Part shown: piece after piece, positions 51,870 through 61,599 of the stretch
How positions within the stretch are numbered: the stretch's first letter is position 1
How the letters are laid out: every line of letters begins with the position of its first letter
Source of the DNA: Octopus bimaculoides
Lineage: Eukaryota
Assembly: GCF_001194135.2 (NCBI RefSeq)
Contig: NC_068982.1
Location: 133,334,587 to 133,396,185 of the forward strand
Direction: 5' to 3'
Length of the DNA stretch: 61,599 bases
Notes under the pieces: generated by a model
The model's input: the letters and a program-made list of their open reading frames with translations, nothing else
The model's database searches: none
Told to the model about the DNA's origin: nothing
Made by a program: the position numbers and the translations under genes

Positions 51870-52230
51870 AGATACTCTTCTTGTCACAAACCCTCACTTG
51901 TTTCTAAGCAAGGTAATATTTCCCTATGGCTAGGCTAGACATATTTTCATAGAAGATTGGAAACGAACAACATTGTTTGCATAACAGTGATGCTTGTTTA
52001 CAACCCTCACACATCAAGACAGGATATACAAAACAGATACACACCATATATATATTTATATATATGTATACACATATACACGACAAGCTTCTTTCAGTTT
52101 CCATCTACCAAATCAAGTTCGATCAGCCCATGGTCATAGCAGATGCTCAAAGTGACACACAATGGGACTTAATCCAAAATCACGTGGTTGGGAAGCAAGA
52201 ATCTCAGCCACAAAGCCACACCTACAACCA
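51870..52230 (-). mobile_element. tRNA-derived SINE (same family as 1820-2255)
   Basis: aagcaaggtaatattt...ctttcagtttccatctaccaaatc...gggacttaatcc blocks. Confidence 0.7.
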
Positions 52231-52249
52231 ATCATATTTCATCAACCAT

Positions 52250-52585
52250 CATCATCATCATCATGTCCGTTTTCCATGCTAACATGGGTTGGCCACTTTA
52301 ATTGAAGTCTGGAAAGCCAGCAGTTGCACCAGGCTCCAATCTGAACTAGCAATGCTTCTACAGCTGAATGCCCTTCCTAATACCAACCACTCTGAGTGTA
52401 GTGTGGGTGCTTTTTATGTGCCACCGGCAGAGGAGCCAGTTGGCCGGGCCTGGCATCAATCACGTTCTGATAGTGCTTTTTATGTGCCACTGGCACAGGA
52501 GGCAGTCAGGGGGCACTGGCATCAGCCACGTCTATGTGGTGCTTTTTACTTGCCACCAGCACAGGAGCCAGTCAGGCATGCTTGG
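52250..52585 (-). mobile_element. Older RTE 3'-UTR-derived copy with internal tandem units
   Basis: (cat)n...tttccatgctaacatggg...three ttttatgtgccac-like units. Confidence 0.75.
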
Positions 52586-55377
52586 TGAGTTTAGAAAATA
52601 TATTTTAGACTTGTTAATGAGTACACTTGATTAAATGGTTAATTGCATGAAACCTTAAGTTTTGATGAAATAATTCTGTTTACCAACATACAATTACAAC
52701 AGATTATATAAACATTTGTAACATATATGTATATTGAGATATTCAATGTCTTTATATGAAAAACAAAATATTATAAATCTGTTTGTGTGCATTTACTAAC
52801 TTACATTAAATTAAGATACTTGCTAGTTTACATGAATTTAGAAATTTCACTCAGATGATTGTAGATTAATGTTACACAACATGCCATCCCATCAAGCAAC
52901 TTTTCTCTTTACCTTAGTACTAAACATTATGGCAACTGACATTATCTTATGCAATTCAATCTATACTTCCGAACTATAGCCAATCCTTTTGGTCCCTTGC
53001 CAAAATAACTTCTGCCAACTTTGCAGAATCCTCTTTCCCTCCACTTCACAACAATGGTTCTGTTAGTAGTAACCCCATAGAGAAAGCCTTCATGTCCACT
53101 GTGCATAATTGGCAAACCTCCACTTTATCCCCTTCAATCTTTCCGAATCCACCACTTGCATACACACCAAGTGCTAAAGTACATTCAGTCACTTCAATCC
53201 AGTAAAGTCATCAGTCTCTTACATCACCCTCAGACATTATATCCCAGAGCCCCCCTACTCACAAAACTCCTCAATCTCTCCTTAATCTTTAGCATCCTAT
53301 TCCTAAGAAAAACAACCTCTCTGACCTACCAACTGTTGCCTGTCACATTCACTTCTAATATCTCAAAGGTAATAGAGACAACATCAACAATGAAGTCCTT
53401 CAATATTTTGAACCTTCACAATTGCTCCATTTGTTGAGCCTCACTGTCAACAACAATTTTTTTGGCAAAAGCATATCTTTAATATTCTAAGTACATGGCC
53501 CTTTTCTTCAGGGTCAAAAAGATTTTAACAGACAATTGCTTTCACATGTGAGGTGCTGCTGCTGCTGTACAGACACCCTAGACCTCATGCAGAAAAAGGA
53601 TCACATAATTGGCATAACGTCATCTATACACTTTAGCCTCCAGCCAACAGGCATGCTGTCTTTTTTCTCTGTCTTTTCTACCATTACTACTATAGCCTTT
53701 GCTCCATGGAGCAGTCTAGGCTCACACACCCTTCACTCAAGCACTTCTGTTTCACTCATCTTTCTTCCTCATACAGCACTGGTTGTGTCCAAGCCCTTTG
53801 TCTCTGCACTTATCACTATGTCCAGTCCTCTCTTTTTAGGATATTGGCAATCTGGAATTCCCTTCTTGCAGGTGTTTGATTAGCAATGGTTCAAGAACAT
53901 TAATGACATTGATCTCACTGCTCTAAATGGGCCTGCAAAGACCAAAGGCACTACCCCTACTATATCAAATATATAACGAATAGTCAAAATAATGGTTTCA
54001 AATTTTGGCACCAGACCAGCAATTTTAGTGAGAGGGATTAGTCAAAAGATAAAGTTGACCTTGGTGAAATTTGAGCTTAAAATGCAGCATGCCAGAAGAA
54101 TTACTGCAAAGTAATTTTCCCAACATGAAAGCCAAAATTCATACTGCTTTGTACCAGTGGAAACGAAGGTACATTGCTTAATTGTATCATATTTTTTCCT
54201 TTTATAATTATATATGGAGAGCATGGGATGATTGAATCAATTGAGTTGCAGACAACTAGTTGAAAGGTGACAACTGGTAATTTGTTACTGACACCCTACT
54301 GTCAAGTCCAAGACACTTTCAAACGATCCAATCCACTTCAGTGAAAATAGAGAAAGAACAGCTTGTAGGATGTTGTAAACAGTGATAGCACTGTCCTTCT
54401 ATCATACCTCTCATTACCCAGCATAAAGTCACCTCCCTCGATGCCCTCTCAGTTGAGGAGTCTTGTCTTGTGAGATACTGAGTGACCTCACTAGTGCCAG
54501 TGCTATGCAAAAAGCACCCAGTACATTCAATTAAGTAATTAGCACTAGGAAGGGCATCCAACTGTAGAAATCATGTCAAAGTAGATATTGCAGCTTGGCA
54601 CAGTCCTCAGGTTCACCAGCTCCTATCAAACCATCCAACCCATGCCAGCATGAAAACAGATGTATGATGAAGAACTGGATCCCACTGGTCACATTTGAAA
54701 AACAATAGGTCTGATGACTCTTGTTGAATATCTTTAATAATATGTCAAAGTAATTGATTTGATCCTTTAACAGGTAAAATACAGACTTACACATAATTTT
54801 AAATTTTCATTTTCCACTGAAAATAACAAACCTAAAAAAAGTACTACAATTTGTAACTATTCACACTACTATTGCAACTCTGATTTAGCTTTATATTTCA
54901 TAAATAGAAATTTTTTTATCATTTAGTTTAATGATAAGGGCAGAGCCCAAAGATCTTTCAGAGTGCAAACAATTGCAATCAGAAGAGTCTTAATAGAATA
55001 ATATTTACATAACACTTGCAGATAAATGGTAACAGTGAGTATGTAGGTAGTAAAACCACCTTTGTGAAGGATAGTGTTTTGGAGAGAAGTTTAGTAAGTA
55101 AAATACAGGAAAGATGACAAAAAAAAGAGTTGGATGAGTGAGTTTATATGGAAGGTTTTACTGTTTTTTTTCCAGATAAGAAACTGCTCGATTAAACAAG
55201 GCAAGGACTCAGAATATGAACATAGCTTGATAGGTGTGAATGGTTAAAGAACATTGGGAAGTGAAGGCTTATCAATCAAGAATCCAAACATAGAACAAAC
55301 AAGAGCAAAGTTAATATCTGTTATCAAACATAGCCTATTTTAAGCAATTTGCAGCAAAAAAGAAATTATCACCTTAC

Positions 55378-55570
55378 CTTCATCTTTGTATTTGATTGTA
55401 ATATCATCATTTGTGGCTAGTTTTCCTCGATACACTCGCTGCATCATTAGAACTAATTCGTCATATGTAATGTCCACATTGTGAATTGGGATTCTACGAA
55501 TATCATCTCCTAATTGCACTTTGATAATTAACTTGCCAGAAAGATCCATCTGTTGGTCGTAGTTATTCAT
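55378..55570 (-). CDS. TFG: TFG coding exon 1 (PB1 domain, [64 protein letters not shown])
   Basis: Translation closely matches the TFG N-terminus ([38 protein letters not shown]). Acceptor ttgcag is 6 nt before the ATG (exon starts 55576). Donor GAAG|gtaagg, phase 1. Confidence 0.97.
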
Positions 55571-56954
55571 ATTTATCTGCAATTAAACAATCTGGTAATA
55601 AATAGGTAGAATATCATTTAGCTGATAAATGATAAATGTAAAACTTTATACATACACACAGACGTTTTTTACATTAGTTACTCTAATGAAAATTGGCATT
55701 GTTTTGGTCTTTCTAGACAAGAAGTTAGTGTAATTAATATTCAAGTTGAAGAGTTAGAGATAAGGAAATTCCAAAGGAAGTTCTAGAACAAAAAAATAAT
55801 CCTGCACAAACTGTTCAGTGGTATTGAGAGCAGTGGTGGGGGAGCAACTAACATCTTGTAAGTTGTGGTTTTAGAATGGAATGGAGAATGTTGGTAGATC
55901 AGAGAAACAGACACTATCATCTCGTTGTCATCATTTAACGACCGTTTTTCATGCTGGCATGGTTAGAATAGTTTGAGAGGAGTTAACTAGGCAGAAGACT
56001 GCACCAGGCTTCACTGTCTGTTTTAGTAGGGCTTTTACAGCTAGATGCCCTTCCCAAAAACAACCACCTTACAGAGTGATCATAGTGGTAGTAAAATAGA
56101 ATTTATATTTTAAAATAATACACAAAAAACAAAGATTCTTAAAAACAAAGTTGCTGAGTTCCACTTAGCTCTTCATATTACAAAAGCAAAACTAAGCTGT
56201 CTTCTCAAATATACTAGAGCAGTAAAAAACTAAGGGAGAGCTGAACAGCAGGTCTTCAGAGTAGAAACTCCCTTCATGCAAGCATTTCAGCCCTTAACTC
56301 CTTATGCTCAAAGGGGCCTGGGCTGCATCCAGGTCAAGACTTCTGGATACCCTTCTGTTGCTACATTTTGCGCTATTGCCTGCATTGTAACCCACCTGGA
56401 TGGTTAAAGAGCCCAAGATTCAAGGTACTTTGGGTGTTGCAGCCAAGTCAGTCAATAATACCAGTTGACTGTAGAGTAAATTATGTCTTTTGTCTTCACT
56501 GTTCACTAATGTTCTATTTAATTCATCACCAATTTATAAATATGAAATTAAAAACTGCAAAGTTAATGAATATGTAGAAAACATAAGACTAGGAATATTT
56601 TTATGTATGCCCTTTGATATAAGGAATATTAGAAAATTTTAACCTTTCTTTTTTAACATAAATGTGTGTGCACATGTGTGAATAAAAGATTAACATCACA
56701 TCTAGAGACTGATATCTGATTGAACAACCATTGTTTTATAACAAATGAATCAAAGATTTCTTTCTCTAACCTCTAAGTAATTAAAACAATTTAATGTTTG
56801 TGCATGACCTTTTTTTGAAAAACCATGACACAGTTATCAGTTAACTCCTACAATAATATCAACCCTTTCTTCCACTATTTTCATGCCACCTCTTCTAGAT
56901 GAGCACAACACAAAAATCATATAGTTGCATATGTATGCATATGTTAATGAACAC

Positions 56955-57969
56955 AAGTAGGGACAAGTGGTTAAGGAGTTTGATTTGCAAACATGAGGCC
57001 TAGGGTTTAATCCCACAGTGAGGAATCTAGGCGTAAGACATTTTAACACAGCTTTGTGTTAATTCAATTTCACTCACTGAAACTGTCAGCAGGACTATAC
57101 CAGTAATTCAAAGGTTCAACTTCATCACACTATGTCATACAGATTCTACTCAAGACCTGTTAAAGGTACATGTCTCTGAAATACTCAGCCAATATGCTTA
57201 TTTATTAAAGTCATTCAATAAACCGCAAAACTGAACACTCATAAACCTCAACAATAGAAATCACTATTTTATGTGTGTGCACACGTGTATAATACACACA
57301 CATTTGTAGTGTGTGTGTGTGTGTGGTGGTGTCTTTGTAATTGCTGAAAACAAATGTCTCTGTCCTAGAGGCAGTGTTCTTCATTTCCAAACTTCTGTAG
57401 AAACCTGTCCAGTCATGGGGAAATAGGTGAGGGTTGCTGACAGAAAGGATATATGACTGCAGAAAAATTTGCCTCAACAAATTCCAACAAACCTGTGCAA
57501 GCATGGAAAAGCCTGACATTTAAAATGACAATGATGGTATTCATGTGTGTGTGTGTGTGTGTGTCATTATTATAAACTTTTCAATGCATGAAGAAGTAAT
57601 GCAGAATTTGTGGAGGCCAGATGCTCTTCTCTTTACTAACCCTCACCAGTTTCCAAGCAAGGTATTATTTCTCCATGGCCAGACATTTTTCTCAGAAATT
57701 TTGATAAGAACAACATCACTTGTATGTTAGTGAAACTCATAACCATTACATGATGTGAAGACATGGATGCACACAAACAGGTACATGCATGCACACACAA
57801 GGGTCCTTTCAGTTTCTACGTAGCATATCTATGCACTGGTCTTTGGTCAGTCAAAGTGTCATGTGCTACAGTAGAAGACACTCATCCAAGATGCCATTCA
57901 GTAGGATTAAATCCAAAAGCACACAGTTGGGAAGCAAGCTTCTTAACCATACAGCTATGCTTGTCTATG

Positions 57970-58026
<57 letters not shown>

Positions 58027-58712
58027 TAGTGATTGGCCCTAATAGGGTCGGAGAAGCATTTCAAACTTGACAAAGCCCATCTTTCTCCATATTTGAACAC
58101 AGCCAATTTCTCCTTTCTCTGAGAGAGAGAGAGAGAGAGCGAATTAATTCAAGAGCTGGAGTGGTACTTTATCAAGGAAAAATGACAAAGTTGGCCTCAA
58201 CAGGATTTGAACTCAAAGTACAGAAAGCTAGAATGTGTACCAAAGGCACTGTACAGCCAAATGCTCTTTCTGTCACTAATCCATACTTGTTTTCACTCAA
58301 GATGTAGGTTTAGGCACACGTAGAGGTGACTGAAAAGCTTGCTTTCCAACCATGTGGTCTTAGGTTCAGTCCCACTGTGCAGCACCATGGGTAAGTGTTT
58401 TCTACAATAGCCCTGGGCCAACCAAAGCCTTGTGAGTGGATTTAGTAGATGGAAAGAGAAAGAAGCCCATTGTGTGTGTGTGTGTGTGTGTAAAACATTA
58501 TCTAGTTATCATTTGATGGTGGTAAATGAGCATCAGTCATAAAAGTGAGGTTGTTGGTTTCCAGTCTTTCATGAAAAACATGCCTGGCTATTAGGAAATA
58601 TTACCTTGCTTGGAAGCAGATGATAGGAAGGACATATGGCCATAAAAAAACCTGCCTCAAAATGCCATCTCACCCATGCAATCACGAAAAATGAATATTA
58701 TGATGATGATGA
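56955..58712. mobile_element. Cluster of several tRNA-derived SINEs in both orientations
   Basis: Heads and bodies at ~56955 (+), 57300-57535 (+), 57590-57960 (-), 58320-58712 (+). Confidence 0.7.
57970..58025. repeat. (TG)n microsatellite
   Basis: Direct reading. Confidence 0.95.
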
Positions 58713-58720
58713 TAAACAAA

Positions 58721-59050
58721 CATCATCGTCATCATCGTTTAACGTCCGCTTTCCATGCTAGCATGGGTTGGACAATTTGACTGAGGACTGGCAAGCTAGA
58801 AGGCTGCGCCAGGCTCCAATCTGATTTGGTAGAGTTTCTACAGCTGGATGCCCTTCCTAACACCAACCACTCCGAGAGTGCAGTGGGTGCTTTTACGTGC
58901 CACCGGTACGAGGGCCAGTCACATGGTACTGGCAATGGCCATGCTCCAAAAGGAGTTTTTTATGTGCCACCTGCACAGGAGCCAGTCCAGCGGCACTGGC
59001 AACGACCTCGCTCGAATGATTTTCTAAACATGCCACCAGCACAAGTGCTA
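58721..59050 (-). mobile_element. RTE 3'-UTR-derived repeat copy
   Basis: catcatcgtttaacgtccgctttccatgctagcatggg... plus internal tandem units. Confidence 0.88.
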
Positions 59051-61367
59051 GGAGGCAACGCTAGTAACAATTACGCTCTATATATACTAATTCATTATTA
59101 CTTCTGGTTTTCATGCAAAGATTGGTTTGATAAACATATCGAGGAGTTGATTTATAGTCTTCCCTTTTGCTCACTCTTATCTGTTTTTCAAGTAAGGAAT
59201 CTAATCAAAGTCATAAATCAGTGCACATTTTGTTGACAAAGGAAATGAGAAGAGTTTTAGATGTGACATTATTCTTTTGGACACTAAGGAACAGTACTTG
59301 AAAACACATACATAACAATAGAGTCTGAATGCAAAAGAGAGAAAGAAAGTGAAAGGGAAACAAAGGCTGCACAGTATGAGAAGAAGGGAGAGAAAGAAAC
59401 AGATAGGCAGATAGAGAGAAGGGGGAAGGAGTATATCAGTATATATGTAATCACATAAGCACACACAATTTAATTTTTCAGTGTATACTTATAATGATAA
59501 TTAAGCATTTATCCATAATGTCACAGTGTATAACAAAAAACATAAATAGTGCTTAATAGTATGTAGGCCCTTTAACAACTAATCAGTCAGTAACAAATTC
59601 CTTAGTTATAATAAGCAGCATTTATGTTTGGCGAGCAGGGAAGGGTTTTGAAATTATAGATATGTTCCTTTATTAGCCACACAGGGCCAAACACAGGAGA
59701 CAAAATACAATATAGAGCTTTTCTTTTGAAAAAAGAAAAAAAGGAGAAAAATAAAATTTCAATCAAATGGGATCATGAAAAAAAAAAAAAGCACCAATCG
59801 AAAGGGATTGTGTATCAGAAAATATTGTAAATGTTACAAAAAAGAAAAACAGATTAGGTTTATCCGTGGAAAGAAAAGCCTACAAAACTGAGAAAATAAT
59901 GAAAGAATGGTTAATGCAAGAATACATTCTTTTCTCTTACTTGTTTCAGTCATTTGACTGCGGCCATGTTGGAGCACTGCCTTTAGTCGAACAAATTAAC
60001 CCCAGGACTTTGTAAGCCTAGTACTTATTCTATTGATATCTTAGGCCGATAAATCCAATGCAATGGAACTTGAAACTCTTGAACAAGCAACATACAGGAA
60101 AACAAACCAAAAGAAGATTCACTAATGCAAAGGTATGACGTGTCAAATAAAGGAAGAATTTGTATCTCACCCTGAAATATGTAATAATGATTGGGTTTTA
60201 ATAGTGGAACTCAAAGAAGATAAAGCTATGAATAACAGTACGTAAAATATTGGTTTAAAACATCCCTTGGTTGGAACAAGTCAAAGGCTGGCTGTGAGAC
60301 ACAAACCCACATTTTCTAGGGCAGCCTTCAACTTTTTCCATCCAAAGGGGTTTTTTTTTTAACCCAATATTTTACACATTTTAGCTTCATCTATTTTGAG
60401 TTCTACCATTAAAAACGATTTATTTCTTTATTTCAGGTCTCTCAAATTCTTATGATGTAAACTATATAATGATGATATATTGTAGAGGAGAGAGAGATAA
60501 AGTCAACTGACTGGTACTTGTTATATCAACCCCAGAAAAATGTTGACTCAATCAGGATGTGAACTCAGATCATAAAGGGATAAAGATGAAAGGTCATTAT
60601 GTCCAGTACACACAAGGCTGTACATTTAATAGTGTAGAAGGACTTAACTAGTTAGCTGCAAATGAATATTGCATCTGACTGGAAATAGGACACAAACTAA
60701 TAATGCAGTTTGGATGGAGAATAGTTACTGAAATGAAAGAAGAGAAGGCAGGGTTGTTTGCTAACACTTTAATTGATATGGTAGAAGTCAGAAAGTGCTC
60801 CAACAACATATTCAGCATCTCAGCAACAAATGAGACAGTTGTAAACTCATATGTAATAGACTGAAATGTAGTCCATCCATAGGCAAAGTTGCAAATTGCA
60901 TTTTCACTTGCAAGTAAATTTCTATTAATATAATTGGGAAAAGACACTGACAATAAGCAATGCATTTCACACCATTTTTCTTAATGGCAAATAAAGAGTT
61001 ATCTGCAAAATTGCTTCTTCTCCTTAGTAACTGATAAAACTAATTGACTAATTAGCCCCTAGTCCTTCTTACATTGTTACAAATACTTTAAGAATGATTT
61101 CACTGAGCCTGTTTAGCTTACTAGTGTCAAACCTTGGTGAATTAATAACTTTGTATGCTGTGGAATGTATTGTTAAATAGGCGGTCCCACTGTTAAGAAA
61201 TATATAACCAGAGATATAATTAAATTATGTAGTTAACAGAAATTATCGACCTTTGTCATTCGTCATTTATTGTCTGCTTTTCATGCTGGCATGGGTTTGA
61301 CAGTTTGACTGAGGAAACAGCTAGGATTTCTATATTCCCATTTAGGTTTTTATTTTATACATACATA

Positions 61368-61599
61368 TCATCACCATCATCATCATCGTTTAACGTCCGC
61401 TTTCCATGCTAGCATGGGTTGGACGATTTGACTGAGGACTGGTGAAACCGGATGGCAACACCAGGCTCCAGTCTGATTTGGCAGAGTTTCTACAGCTGGA
61501 TGCCCTTCCTAACGCCAACCACTCAGAGAGTGTAGTGGGTGCTTTTACGTGTCACCCGCACGAAAACAGCCACGCTCGAAATGGTGTCTTTTATGTGCC
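61368..61599 (-). mobile_element. Young RTE 3'-UTR-derived repeat copy (cut by window end)
   Basis: Same family, CpG-intact. Confidence 0.9.

Noticed and set aside
60648-60965. 105-aa minus-strand ORF
   Set aside because: It has a non-ATG start, no recognisable homology and no splice support.
55577-61599. Search for the TFG first exon and promoter
   Set aside because: No CpG-rich promoter or convincing donor was found; the region is treated as 5' intron.

Overview
AT-rich animal genomic DNA with five N gaps and many microsatellites. The repeat families look like Octopus-type coleoid cephalopod repeats; this is from recall, not a database search. The window is spanned by one minus-strand spliced gene, an orthologue of TFG (TRK-fused gene, an ER-exit-site/COPII organiser). 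Seven coding exons with GT-AG junctions and consistent phases were assembled by hand: 55570-55378, 51625-51542, 49303-49157, 48279-48121, 43893-43528, 33150-32831 and 6501-6304. They give 1467 nt, or 488 aa (PB1 domain, coiled coil, Q/P-rich region, TPPP/NPYARG tail). The non-coding first exon and promoter were not found and probably lie beyond 61599. Introns contain a decayed DD34D mariner and its MITEs, a DD37D (maT) element, TTAA-flanked MITEs, RTE and CR1-like LINE fragments, and tRNA-derived SINEs. The best lead is a GC/CpG-rich island in the 26-kb last intron that reads as an in-frame alternative last exon (82 aa) replacing the PPP-containing tail; several weaker alternative acceptors lie nearby. 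Also notable: coding exons 1-6 would form a stop-free 1275-nt circle flanked by inverted young repeats, and there are several long intronic hairpins. Repeat boundaries are approximate and no transcript evidence was available.
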